Source: Ferroglobus placidus DSM 10642 (GTDB lineage: Archaea; Halobacteriota; Archaeoglobi; Archaeoglobales; Archaeoglobaceae). Taken from it: 32,000 nt of DNA. Position numbers and translations under genes: made by a program. The notes beneath the pieces are model-generated. The model searched no databases, was not told where the DNA came from, and saw only the letters and a program-made list of their open reading frames with translations. Shown piece after piece: positions 24,186-32,000 of the stretch. Position 1 is the first letter of the stretch. Every line of letters starts with the position of its first letter. The DNA is taken from assembly GCF_000025505.1 (NCBI RefSeq), contig NC_013849.1, positions 1,950,001 to 1,982,000 on the forward strand. Direction: 5' to 3'.

Positions 24186-24668
24186 ATGAACACAAATACT
24201 TTAATTGATGATATTATTGATCTTTTCAAAGCTGAAAAAGAAATTTGCGAACGCGACTTCCTATTGCATAGAAACGAATTAAAAGTAGATTACAACATGC
24301 TTGTTTCCACTCTAGCTATATTTATTTCGACAATCACAGCAGCGTACAACATTTTTACGCACTTATATGGTTCAAGTTCACTACTTGTGTTGATGATGCT
24401 GCTTTTTGTGGTGATAACACTTGTTTTATTTTCATTGCACTTTCTCCTTACTTCGAGGGAGAAACGTAAACATATCATCGAACATATCGAAATGTCAGTC
24501 AGACTTGGCATTATTATTGAGGCTTTGCATATAATAAAAATAAGCGGAGTTCCACTTGATCTTACTCCCGTAATAAATGTAATTAAAAAACGATACCACT
24601 ATACAACAACTGAAATAAAAAGTGCAATGCTTACTAATGACTTATCTGAACTCTGGTCCCTTAGCTGA
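24186..24668 (+). CDS. Orphan AT-rich 160-aa protein with two central transmembrane helices
   Basis: TM segments VSTLAIFISTITAAYNIF and LLVLMMLLFVVITLVLFSLHFLL lie between soluble N- and C-terminal parts. G+C is ~29% in the first 120 nt (hand count), and codon usage is rich in TTA/ATA/AAT, unlike the neighbours. Confidence 0.6.
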   Translation: MNTNTLIDDIIDLFKAEKEICERDFLLHRNELKVDYNMLVSTLAIFISTITAAYNIFTHLYGSSSLLVLMMLLFVVITLVLFSLHFLLTSREKRKHIIEHIEMSVRLGIIIEALHIIKISGVPLDLTPVINVIKKRYHYTTTEIKSAMLTNDLSELWSLS

Positions 24669-24941
24669 GCTCTTTATTCTTCTCGTCACCTCTTCTATCG
24701 CCTCTTTGGATGCTTTCACTTTGACGAGGTTTTGGGAAATTATCTGGTAAACTGGCTCTCCTATCGGGCTAAGTTCGTCCCTCCTAACTACATCCACTAA
24801 AACGAGTTTTACGTAAAGCCTCGTTCCGTCTTCGAGCTCGTACTCGTTCCAGTCTTCCTTCACCGGCTTGAAGTTCAGCTTTTTTCCGGTGATTACCCTT
24901 CCGTCTGGCAGCTGTATTTTGAGTTCGCCCTCTTCGCTCAT
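24642..24941 (-). CDS. Hypothetical 99-aa protein
   Basis: ORF with host-like composition, a beta-rich-looking sequence and no recognised family. Overlaps the convergent 2-TM gene by 27 nt. An AT-rich promoter region lies upstream. Confidence 0.5.
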   Translation of the reverse strand: MSEEGELKIQLPDGRVITGKKLNFKPVKEDWNEYELEDGTRLYVKLVLVDVVRRDELSPIGEPVYQIISQNLVKVKASKEAIEEVTRRIKSSAKGPEFR

Positions 24942-24954
24942 GGAGTTAGATCGT

Positions 24955-24978
24955 CTTAATTGAATTTAAAGTAAATTT
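24955..24978. repeat. Right arm of the inverted repeat
   Basis: CTTAATTGAATTTAAAGTAAATTT, whose reverse complement is AAATTTACTTTAAATTCAATTAAG. Confidence 0.45.
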
Positions 24979-25008
24979 TATTTAACGAATCAAAATAATA
25001 AACTTTGG

Positions 25009-25155
25009 ATGAACTGCGAAGACGTTCTGCCGGAAATCGTTAAGAGGTGTGAAAACTGCAAAAATTCCAAGGAGTGCCAGTTGTCTTACATTGTAAAAAG
25101 GCTTATCGAGATTCTCACAACTACCGGATCGGATACTTCTCCTCGTTCTTCTTGA
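25009..25155 (+). CDS. Possible 48-aa Cys4 small protein (below the ORF-track cutoff)
   Basis: Hand translation gives MNCEDVLPEIVKRCENCKNSKECQLSYIVKRLIEILTTTGSDTSPRSS, with spacing C-x10-C-x2-C-x5-C. TTTATTTAA lies ~20 nt upstream. Its 3' end overlaps the convergent MazG-like gene by 35 nt. Confidence 0.3.
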   Translation: MNCEDVLPEIVKRCENCKNSKECQLSYIVKRLIEILTTTGSDTSPRSS

Positions 25156-25423
25156 GTTTTTCAATAACGGCTTCTTCCAAATCTATTTGAAGGACGTCTG
25201 CGAGATAAATCAGGTAAATCAGTATATCCGCAACTTCCTCCTTCACCCTCTCGATGTTCCTTCTCGCTTCTTCGTAACTCTCTTCTTCGCTCACCCATTG
25301 GAAAATCTCAAGGAGTTCGGAGGCTTCAATTACTATCGAGGCTGCGAGATCCTTGGGGTTGTGGTACTTTTTCCACCCTCTTTCGTCTCGAAACTTCAAA
25401 ACTCTTTCGACAACTTTTAACAA
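25121..25423 (-). CDS. MazG-like nucleotide pyrophosphohydrolase (single all-alpha NTP-PPase domain)
   Basis: FRDERGWKKYHNPKDLAASIVIEASELLEIFQW and EEVADILIYLIYLA...KLKKNEEKYP are the MazG-type EExxE / ExxD motifs. TTG start with a GGAGGC SD 7 nt upstream. Confidence 0.8.
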   Translation of the reverse strand: MLKVVERVLKFRDERGWKKYHNPKDLAASIVIEASELLEIFQWVSEEESYEEARRNIERVKEEVADILIYLIYLADVLQIDLEEAVIEKLKKNEEKYPIR

Positions 25424-25599
25424 TTGTAGTGCCTCCTAATCTTTTTTATCCCTTCAATATTCTTCAGTTTCTCTTCGCTGTCGACTCTAACAAGAAAATC
25501 GTAGTTTGGAGAAACCTCGTAAACCTCTTCGCAAATTTCGAGGAGCTTATCTTTTATTTCTTCTCTTTTAACGGGATCGACGGTCAATTCAAAATACAA
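25417..25599 (-). CDS. Hypothetical 60-aa protein (weakly RAM/ACT-like beta-alpha-beta pattern)
   Basis: TTG start 5 nt downstream of a strong GAGGTG SD. YFELTV...YDFLVRV alternation resembles stand-alone Lrp/AsnC ligand-binding domains, but it is shorter. Confidence 0.5.
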   Translation of the reverse strand: MYFELTVDPVKREEIKDKLLEICEEVYEVSPNYDFLVRVDSEEKLKNIEGIKKIRRHYNC

Positions 25600-25603
25600 A
25601 AAA

Positions 25604-25759
25604 TCACCTCGAAATTTCGAGAATCTTGAAAACTATTATGAAAAATATCGCAATTCCAACAGCTATTCTTATCGTCGAAATCAACCACCAGTACTTCAAA
25701 ATTCTCACGAGGTTTTCTTCCCTCGTTAGCCACTCGAACAATCTGTCGCTCAAGCTCAT
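25604..25759 (-). CDS. 51-aa single-TM peptide translationally coupled to atpD (below the ORF-track cutoff)
   Basis: Hand translation gives MSLSDRLFEWLTREENLVRILKYWWLISTIRIAVGIAIFFIIVFKILEISR. Its ATG (25757-25759) overlaps the atpD TGA (25756-25758) as ATGA. Confidence 0.5.
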   Translation of the reverse strand: MSLSDRLFEWLTREENLVRILKYWWLISTIRIAVGIAIFFIIVFKILEISR

Positions 25760-26388
25760 TGCTGTTCCTTCGCCTTTTTACTCTTTATTTTCTTCAGTCT
25801 TATTATGTTCTCCCTGTCCATTTCCTCGAGTTTGAACGAAATGAACTTTGCAGCTTCCTCCATTTCTGGAATTACCTTGTACTCCAGAGCGTTTACTCTC
25901 CTCTTCGTTCTCTCTATTTCCTCTATCAGTCTTTTTAAGGTAGTTTCAAGCTCCGCAACTTCCAAAATAGCGTCTACGAGTTCTTCGTAAGCTGAAACAG
26001 CCTCGTCAAGCCTTGCAGACGTTCCTATTATTCCGTAATCCCTCTCGTAAACACTTTTCCTGACTTTTTCTCTTTTTATAACTGGCACTACTACACCCAT
26101 TATGTTCTTCCTCTTCATCGTGAATTTCGGCTCAGCGTGACAAGCCAAGGCGATGGACTTAACGGCTATAGCTCCGTCAACAGCCATGGCTAAAGCAAGT
26201 TTCTCCCTCGCGACCTCGTACTTCCTTATCATCTCCTCTATAACAGCTTTAGCATCTTCGAGAATTGTTCTGAACTCCATTATCAAACCGTCTCTTTTCA
26301 TTTTGAGTAAAGCGTGTCCTCTTTTAGCCATCTGAATTCTTCTCTTAAGTCTTATTAGTTCCATTCGTGTTGGCTGGACTTCTACCAT
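25756..26388 (-). CDS. atpD: A-type ATP synthase subunit D
   Basis: PTRMELIRLKRRIQMAKRGHALLKMKRD is the V/A-ATPase D-subunit signature. Last canonical gene of the operon. Confidence 0.9.
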   Translation of the reverse strand: MVEVQPTRMELIRLKRRIQMAKRGHALLKMKRDGLIMEFRTILEDAKAVIEEMIRKYEVAREKLALAMAVDGAIAVKSIALACHAEPKFTMKRKNIMGVVVPVIKREKVRKSVYERDYGIIGTSARLDEAVSAYEELVDAILEVAELETTLKRLIEEIERTKRRVNALEYKVIPEMEEAAKFISFKLEEMDRENIIRLKKIKSKKAKEQQ

Positions 26389-26418
26389 TACACCACCTCA
26401 AAAAAGAAAAGAAATGTT

Positions 26419-27807
26419 TTAGGCTGCTTGTCCCTTCTTCCTGTACTTCGGATGGTACTTCTCGATGTATTTCCTCTCGATCTTCGTAAGCTCCTCCTCA
26501 GGAAGCATAGCCAAGAGTTCCCAACCTATGTCGAGAGTAGTTTCGATGTCTCTGTCCTCGTACTTTCCTTGGTTGACGAACCTTCTCTCGAACTCATCGG
26601 CGAACTTGAGGTACTTCCTGTCCCTCTCAGACAAGGCTTCTTCTCCGACGATAGCAACGAGTCCTCTCAGGTCGACACCTTCAGCGTAAGCCGCGTACAT
26701 CTGGTCGTTCCACTGCACATGGTCTTCCCTCGTTCTTCCTTCTCCGATTCCCTCCTTCATCAGTCTGCTCAGCGACGGCAGAACGTTTATCGGCGGATAA
26801 ATTCCTTTGGCATGCAGCTCTCTGCTCAGAACTATCTGCCCTTCGGTGATGTAACCGGTAAGGTCCGGAATTGGGTGAGTTATGTCGTCTCCTGGCATCG
26901 TCAGTATGGGCATCTGCGTTATCGTTCCCTTTCTTCCTCTAATTCTCCCGGCTCTCTCGTAAATTGTAGCGAGGTCTGTGTACATGTATCCCGGATATCC
27001 TCTTCTTCCCGGCACCTCTTCTCTCGCAGCCGAAATCTCTCTTAGAGCTTCGCAGTAGTTTGTCATATCTGTTAGAATAACGAGAACGTGCAAATCGTAT
27101 TCGTAAGCCAAGAATTCGGCTGCTGTAAGAGCCATTCTCGGAGTGAGGAGTCTCTCTATAGCCGGGTCGTTGGCTAAGTTCAGGAAAACGACGGCTCTCT
27201 CCAAAGCTCCAGTTCTTTCGAAGTCCTGCATGAAGTAGTGAGCTTCTTCGTGAGTTATGCCCATAGCTGCGAAAACTACAGCGAATTCTTCTCCCTCTCC
27301 TCTAACTTTAGCCTGTCTCGCTACTTGTAAAGCTATATCGTTGTGGGGTAAACCGCTTCCGCTGAATATCGGCAACTTCTGACCTCTGACAAGCGTGTTC
27401 ATTCCGTCTATGGCAGAAATACCTGTCTGTATGAACTCTCTCGGGTATTCTCTTGCGTACGGATTTATTGCAGCTCCGATAATCTCTCTTCTCTCCTCTG
27501 GAACGATCTTTGGCCCGCCGTCGATCGGCTCTCCAGATCCGTTGAATATTCTTCCGAGCATGTCGTAGCTGACGTTTAACCTGACGATGTCACCTGTGAA
27601 CCTTACAGTAGAAGATGTGTCGATACCTCTCGTTCCTTCAAAAACCTGAACAACCACAACATCCTTGGAGGTGTCGAGAACCTGTCCTCTCCTCGTGCTT
27701 CCGTCTGGTAGTGTGATCGTAACGAGTTCTCCGTAACCGACGGGCTCGGTTTTTTCAACAAAAATTAGAGGTCCGGCAACTTGACTTATAGTTCTATACT
27801 CCTTCAT
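26419..27807 (-). CDS. atpB: A-type ATP synthase subunit B
   Basis: 462 aa with [15 protein letters not shown] and [22 protein letters not shown], typical of A/V-type B subunits. Confidence 0.95.
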   Translation of the reverse strand: MKEYRTISQVAGPLIFVEKTEPVGYGELVTITLPDGSTRRGQVLDTSKDVVVVQVFEGTRGIDTSSTVRFTGDIVRLNVSYDMLGRIFNGSGEPIDGGPKIVPEERREIIGAAINPYAREYPREFIQTGISAIDGMNTLVRGQKLPIFSGSGLPHNDIALQVARQAKVRGEGEEFAVVFAAMGITHEEAHYFMQDFERTGALERAVVFLNLANDPAIERLLTPRMALTAAEFLAYEYDLHVLVILTDMTNYCEALREISAAREEVPGRRGYPGYMYTDLATIYERAGRIRGRKGTITQMPILTMPGDDITHPIPDLTGYITEGQIVLSRELHAKGIYPPINVLPSLSRLMKEGIGEGRTREDHVQWNDQMYAAYAEGVDLRGLVAIVGEEALSERDRKYLKFADEFERRFVNQGKYEDRDIETTLDIGWELLAMLPEEELTKIERKYIEKYHPKYRKKGQAA

Positions 27808-27810
27808 TCA

Positions 27811-29532
27811 TCACACCCCCAGAGCCTCTTTCATCTTCTTCATAGCAGCCTCTAAAGCCTCCTTGTAGTTTTCTTCGAACTTTGCTCTCGCGAACTCGTC
27901 TTTTCCTGGAACGTTGATGATCTCTTCGACAAGCTTTCCAGCTTCGAGGGCTTTGTAGAACATGTCAGCCACCTGTTTTATCGCCTTAAGCAGATCGTAC
28001 TGCTTTTTGAGGTCGCAGTAGGTGTCTACTGGATGATACGCGTACTGCTGGAGGTAAACTTCTCTTATCAGCCTCGCAACCTCGAGCAGAATTCTCTGCG
28101 ACTCCGGCAATGCGTCGCTTCCAACGAGCTGGACGATCTCCTGCAAGTTTGCCTCTTCTTGCAGTACTTCCATAGCCCATCTTCTTAACTCGCTCCAATC
28201 TTCAGCAACGTTTTTGTTGAACCACTCAGCCAACGTGTCAGCGTACAAGCTGTAGCTCTGCAACCAGTTTATAGCCGGGAAGTGTCTTCTTGCAGCAAGT
28301 TTTGCATCGAGCGCCCAGAAGACTTTGACGATTCTCAGCGTGTTCTGAGTTACGGGCTCTGAGAAGTCTCCTCCAGGCGGAGAGACTGCTCCGATAATCG
28401 TAACGCTGCCGATGTTACCGTTCAAAGTTCTAACTCTTCCAGCTCTTTCGTAGAATTCAGCCAATCTTGAAGCGAGGTAAGCGGGATAACCTTCCTCTCC
28501 AGGCATCTCTTCGAGTCTTCCCGAAATCTCTCTCATCGCCTCAGCCCATCTGCTTGTCGAGTCCGCCATCAAACCTACGTCGTAGCCCATGTCTCTGAAG
28601 TATTCGGCTATGGTAATTCCGGTGTAAACAGAAGCTTCTCTCGCAGCTACCGGCATGTTCGACGTGTTAGCTATTAAAACAGTTCTTTCCATGAGCGGTT
28701 TTCCAGTTCTCGGGTCTTCGAGCTCGGGGAATTCTTCGAGAACCTCCGTCATCTCGTTGCCACGCTCTCCGCATCCGATGTATACGACTACGTGAGTGTC
28801 GCTCCACTTGGCAAGCTGGTGCTGGGTTACGGTCTTTCCGCTCCCGAAGGGTCCGGGGATAGCAGCTGTTCCTCCCTTAGCAACTGGGAAGAGCGTATCG
28901 AGGATTCTCTGCCCAGTTATCAATGGAATTTGCGGTGGAAGCTTTTCCCTGTAAGGTCTCGGCTGTCTTACCGGCCACTTGTGGTAGAGCTTGAGCTCAA
29001 CGCCGTTGTCTAAAACAGCTACCGTTTCTTCGACAGTAAATTTACCTTCGTAAATTTCGGTTATAACCCCCTCAACGTTAGGCGGAACGAGAATTTTGTG
29101 CTCTATGAGCTCTGTCTCTTGAACAGTCCCTAATATGTCTCCTCCACTCACTTTGTCTCCTTTCTTAACCACAGGATTGAATTCCCACTGCTTTTTCCTG
29201 TCCAGAGCGGGAGCGTCAATTCCTCTTCCAATGAAGTCTCCGCTTGCCTCCTTCAAAGCTGGGAGTGGTCTCTGAACTCCGTCGTAGATCGACTTAAGCA
29301 AACCAGGTCCGAGCTCAACGCTCAAAGGCATTCCAGTATTTTCGACTTTGTCTCCCGGCTTGATTCCGGAGGTGTCCTCGTAAACCTGTATGAGTACTCT
29401 GTTTCCTACCAATCCTACTACTTCGCCCATCAGTCTCTCTTCTCCTACTCTACAAACATCGTACATTCTCGCTTTGAGTCCTTCAGCCACCACTAATGGA
29501 CCGGATACTCGATAAACCTCACCTACTTCCAT
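27811..29532 (-). CDS. atpA: A-type ATP synthase catalytic subunit A
   Basis: 573 aa with Walker A GPFGSGKT and [22 protein letters not shown]. The length indicates no intein. Confidence 0.95.
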   Translation of the reverse strand: MEVGEVYRVSGPLVVAEGLKARMYDVCRVGEERLMGEVVGLVGNRVLIQVYEDTSGIKPGDKVENTGMPLSVELGPGLLKSIYDGVQRPLPALKEASGDFIGRGIDAPALDRKKQWEFNPVVKKGDKVSGGDILGTVQETELIEHKILVPPNVEGVITEIYEGKFTVEETVAVLDNGVELKLYHKWPVRQPRPYREKLPPQIPLITGQRILDTLFPVAKGGTAAIPGPFGSGKTVTQHQLAKWSDTHVVVYIGCGERGNEMTEVLEEFPELEDPRTGKPLMERTVLIANTSNMPVAAREASVYTGITIAEYFRDMGYDVGLMADSTSRWAEAMREISGRLEEMPGEEGYPAYLASRLAEFYERAGRVRTLNGNIGSVTIIGAVSPPGGDFSEPVTQNTLRIVKVFWALDAKLAARRHFPAINWLQSYSLYADTLAEWFNKNVAEDWSELRRWAMEVLQEEANLQEIVQLVGSDALPESQRILLEVARLIREVYLQQYAYHPVDTYCDLKKQYDLLKAIKQVADMFYKALEAGKLVEEIINVPGKDEFARAKFEENYKEALEAAMKKMKEALGV

Positions 29533-29828
29533 AGGTCAACACCTATCGCCCTTCTAATTTTTTCTTTCAAAGCCTCAACGCTACCCTCTCCGCCGACTAT
29601 AACGAAAGTCGGCTCAACGCTTTCGTCCATTTCTCTCCTTAAAGAAATAGGAATTTTATCCAAAAATTCATTTTTAATAACCACGATTCCAACATCTTCT
29701 CTTTTCATAACTTCTTCAACCGCTTTAACTACCTCTTCGTCACTCTGAACGTCGTAAACGTCCCTAATTCCGACAAGCCTGAAACCAACGTTAAAATCGG
29801 GATCGCCGATCACGGCAATCTTCTTCAT
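29523..29828 (-). CDS. atpF: A-type ATP synthase subunit F
   Basis: 101 aa starting [21 protein letters not shown], the pattern of V/A-ATPase F subunits. Operon position between C and A. Confidence 0.85.
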   Translation of the reverse strand: MKKIAVIGDPDFNVGFRLVGIRDVYDVQSDEEVVKAVEEVMKREDVGIVVIKNEFLDKIPISLRREMDESVEPTFVIVGGEGSVEALKEKIRRAIGVDLWK

Positions 29829-30865
29829 ACTATCACCAGCTGCTCCTTAATTTCCTCTGCGTCCATTCCTTCAGCTTTTCCTCTCGCGATTATTCTTAAG
29901 TTGTCCACCTCAATTTTCTTCATCACTATGAAAGCGAGAACCGGCAGAATCGATAACGGGAAGTGGTTTGCTCGTGAGAGCACCCTTTTCGCCCATACTT
30001 TGTCGAAAAAGACTTCTATCTTCGACAATGGTTGATCTTTGATTTGCTTCACCGCCTCTCCAAACCAGTAGTTTTCGAGGTTCTTTAACATATCTTCGTA
30101 ATCCATAGCTGCAAGCTTCCTTAATTCACTTTCGCTCAGCTGATACCCCTTCGGAATTATTTTCGCTGCTATTTCTTCGGGCGAAGCTCCCTCAAGCTTG
30201 AGCCTGAGTAACGTTTTGACGTTCTTTACGTCTATCTCCATTCTGATAAAGTCTACGAAGTACATTATATCAATGTTGTCGCTGTGGATCGAGGCAAGGC
30301 TGGTGTAGTAGAACTTGTCGAGTCTGTCTTCAAACTCGGAAATCGGGCAAGCTCTAGTCAACTCCTCAAGTATCGGATAGTATGGCTTTTTCGCAAACTC
30401 CTTTATTATGTCTTCCACGCTTTCCCTTGCTATTAGCATCTTCCAGAATTCCTCGTCAAACTCTCCGGCTGGAACAAGCGTTTTTTCAATTTCTTCTTTC
30501 GGGAATCTGAACATTTTACCTCTTATTATGTTCTTCAGATTCCAGAAGTCCCATCTCCTAAGATAATCAACGATCATTTCCCTCGGCAAACCCTTGGATA
30601 TTCTAACGAGCTTTCTGTACGTTCTCGTGAGGTTTAGATACAGAGCGTAATCCAAAAGCTCCACACCGCTGTATCTCATCGCGAGCTCGTTTATCTCGTT
30701 CTTGTACTCGCTTTCTTCCAAGTACCTTATTATTTCGTTGAGGTCCATATTGAGCAGTTTGTTGTACTCCTCCTTCGGAATGAGTTTTCTCTTCATCACC
30801 CTTACTCTGGCAACGATGTACGCCCACTCCGCAGCCCTTGGCTTTCTTATGATCTTTCTCAGCAT
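29825..30865 (-). CDS. atpC: A-type ATP synthase subunit C
   Basis: 346-aa helical protein in the canonical position between atpE and atpF. The motif ...DNLRIIARGK... is typical of the subunit C/d family. Confidence 0.85.
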   Translation of the reverse strand: MLRKIIRKPRAAEWAYIVARVRVMKRKLIPKEEYNKLLNMDLNEIIRYLEESEYKNEINELAMRYSGVELLDYALYLNLTRTYRKLVRISKGLPREMIVDYLRRWDFWNLKNIIRGKMFRFPKEEIEKTLVPAGEFDEEFWKMLIARESVEDIIKEFAKKPYYPILEELTRACPISEFEDRLDKFYYTSLASIHSDNIDIMYFVDFIRMEIDVKNVKTLLRLKLEGASPEEIAAKIIPKGYQLSESELRKLAAMDYEDMLKNLENYWFGEAVKQIKDQPLSKIEVFFDKVWAKRVLSRANHFPLSILPVLAFIVMKKIEVDNLRIIARGKAEGMDAEEIKEQLVIV

Positions 30866-30867
30866 AG

Positions 30868-31434
30868 CTACTCACCGAACAGGATCTTGTGAATGTCCTT
30901 CATCTTATCCTCGAATACCTCCTCGACTATGTTATCGAAGGTTAGATTTATCCTGTAGCTACCATCGGCACTCTCCAGAATTATTCCACCGAGGCATTCG
31001 ATGTTTCCAGCATACTCCATCTTCTTTACGAGCTTTTTAACAATCTCCTCGTCTTTCTTGCTGGAGTAAATTTTGAAACCATCCTGATCGTACTTGGATA
31101 TCAGCTTTTTCAGAAGTTCTTCTCTCTCCTTCTCGTCCATGTTTTTTATTCTCTCAATGAGTTTTTCTCTAACTTTCTCAACCACGTCTTTTTTCTTAGC
31201 CAGCTCCTCTTTTTTCATTTCAAGCTTTATCCCTGAAATCTCTTGTTTTCTTAACCTCTCTACTTCTTTTTCCGCGTCAGCCTTAGCTTTCTTGATGATT
31301 TCCTCGGCTTTTTCCTTAGCCTCAGCTATTATCTCTTCAGCTTTTTTTTCAGCTTCTTTTTTAATCTCCGCTATCTCCAGATGTCCTTTTCTCGTTATTT
31401 CTTCGATTACTGGTTCAAGTGTCATCTCTTTCAC
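30868..31434 (-). CDS. atpE: A-type ATP synthase subunit E
   Basis: 188 aa with a Lys/Glu/Ala-rich N-terminal helix and a globular C-terminus (GGIILESADGSYRINLTFD). Operon position fits. Confidence 0.85.
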   Translation of the reverse strand: MKEMTLEPVIEEITRKGHLEIAEIKKEAEKKAEEIIAEAKEKAEEIIKKAKADAEKEVERLRKQEISGIKLEMKKEELAKKKDVVEKVREKLIERIKNMDEKEREELLKKLISKYDQDGFKIYSSKKDEEIVKKLVKKMEYAGNIECLGGIILESADGSYRINLTFDNIVEEVFEDKMKDIHKILFGE

Positions 31435-31463
31435 CTTTGTAAAAAAATTGGAAAATTGTTGCT

Positions 31464-31679
31464 TTACATGAACATCAGCAGGAACGCCACAACAAGCCCG
31501 AAGATGACGATTGTTTCTGGAATCACGGTCATCAGCAAACCTCTACCGAAGAACGTCGGATCTTCTGCCATCGCTCCTACTGCAGCAGCTCCAATTCCCT
31601 GCTCACCCAAACCAGCACCAATTCCAGCCAAACCGACAGCCAAACCAGCACCAACAGCAACCATACCCTCTATCGGCAT
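31464..31679 (-). CDS. atpK: A-type ATP synthase proteolipid subunit K (c), single hairpin
   Basis: 71 aa with a Gly/Ala-rich helix 1 (GAGLAVGLAGIGAGLGEQGIG) and helix 2 carrying the carboxylate (VIPETIVIFGLV). Confidence 0.9.
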   Translation of the reverse strand: MPIEGMVAVGAGLAVGLAGIGAGLGEQGIGAAAVGAMAEDPTFFGRGLLMTVIPETIVIFGLVVAFLLMFM

Positions 31680-31694
31680 ACCAAACCACCTCCT

Positions 31695-32000
31695 TTAATC
31701 TTCCTTCGTATACCTCCTTCTCCTACCAAACGGGTTGTACAAATACCCTCCCCCTTCGAAGAACTTGACGAAATGCTCAACGTAGTGCAATCGTAAGCTC
31801 TGCAAACCGGGGTCGAGAATTCCGAGAAGCAGATTTATGAAATGTCCAATGGCAAAGATGATTACAGCGGCAATGATTCCAGCAATTCCCGAAGGCCAGA
31901 GAAGCTCGAAAGCGATGTAGTTAAAGGCTATAGCAAAGCCGACACTTGCTAAACCTACAGCCAGCAATCGGGCGTAGCTTATCGTGTTGCTGAGCAACGT
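31695..32000 (-). CDS. atpI: A-type ATP synthase subunit I (a), C-terminal part; 5' end beyond the window
   Basis: ISYARLLAVGLAS...GHFINLLLGIL...LQSLRLHYVEHFVKFFEGGG is the conserved C-terminal half-channel region with the essential Arg. The frame is open to the window edge. Confidence 0.9.
   Translation of the reverse strand, partial: TLLSNTISYARLLAVGLASVGFAIAFNYIAFELLWPSGIAGIIAAVIIFAIGHFINLLLGILDPGLQSLRLHYVEHFVKFFEGGGYLYNPFGRRRRYTKED

Noticed and set aside
24032-25120. A direct repeat of the tRNA-Phe 3' end (an attL/attR signature of an integrated element).
   Set aside because: Scanning by eye for GTTCAAATCCGGG or TCCGGGCA downstream found only a weak AATTCCGGTAAAG resemblance at ~24070. 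No convincing partial tRNA copy and no integrase gene is present.
24982-25164. Tracked 60-aa minus-strand ORF (MKNSRRTRRSIRSGS...).
   Set aside because: It is an Arg/Ser-rich, compositionally odd sequence with no SD or promoter logic. The plus-strand 48-aa Cys4 ORF in the same interval is the more plausible reading, though still uncertain.
25626-25835. Tracked 69-aa plus-strand ORF that overlaps the atpD 3' end.
   Set aside because: The minus strand of the same interval holds an ATGA-coupled 51-aa TM peptide ORF that fits the operon grammar. The plus-strand ORF runs antisense into atpD and has a shadow-like composition.
27811-29532. Possible intein in the ATP synthase A subunit (known in some Thermococcales and Thermoplasmatales).
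   Set aside because: The protein is 573 aa and is collinear through the Walker A motif and the following conserved blocks. There is no insertion.
31464-31679. A Na+-binding signature in the c/K subunit (Q in helix 1, ET in helix 2).
   Set aside because: GEQG in helix 1 and PET in helix 2 are present. However, the full published motif (a P/S/T four residues before Q, and ET followed by Y four residues after T) is not satisfied, since the residues here are G and F. Ion specificity cannot be called from sequence alone.
1-32000. CRISPR arrays, rRNA genes, C/D-box sRNAs and large (>100 bp) internal duplications.
   Set aside because: No regularly spaced repeats or rRNA-like sequence was seen. Intergenic gaps are mostly under 180 bp. 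The only TGATGA near a gap (4447-4452) is the transposase start region and lacks a matching D box. A by-eye scan cannot exclude diverged long repeats.

Overview
This 32-kb window looks like a euryarchaeal chromosome segment, most like Archaeoglobales. That call is an inference from gene content, the ~45-50% G+C of a hand-counted sample, Shine-Dalgarno-like GGAGG/GAGGTG sites, TATA boxes ~25 nt upstream of several starts, and many 4-nt ATGA gene overlaps. Most of the window is housekeeping. It holds a tandem-USP/Brix/Pcc1/prefoldin-beta string, an eight-gene anaerobic cobalamin block (cbiT-L-F-G-H-C-D-E), and a minus-strand operon running leuA/cimA-tatD-NYN-ATP-grasp-GT2-Zn-ribbon. It also holds metG, an MqnA/MqnD-family gene, and the A1AO ATP synthase operon atpI(partial)-K-E-C-F-A-B-D. 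Two accessory spots stand out. The first (4.4-6.2 kb) is a degenerate IS6-family element with a frameshifted transposase, next to a ferritin-like-domain-fused encapsulin shell gene of the Pyrococcus PfV type. The second (23.1-25.8 kb) is a small islet around tRNA-Phe(GAA). It contains a HEPN/MNT pair, a strongly AT-rich orphan 2-TM protein gene bracketed by a short inverted repeat, and two orphan small ORFs. It also has three SD-equipped small genes (51-aa TM peptide, 60-aa protein, MazG-like pyrophosphohydrolase) packed directly behind atpD. Other oddities: a metallophosphoesterase fused to an LMW-PTP-like domain with a Cys->Ser P-loop, a Cys-rich DUF2284-like gene leading the cbi operon, and a cbiG that appears to need a non-canonical ATA start. 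No CRISPR array, rRNA or riboswitch was seen. All family assignments come from reading motifs by eye and from memory, not from database searches.
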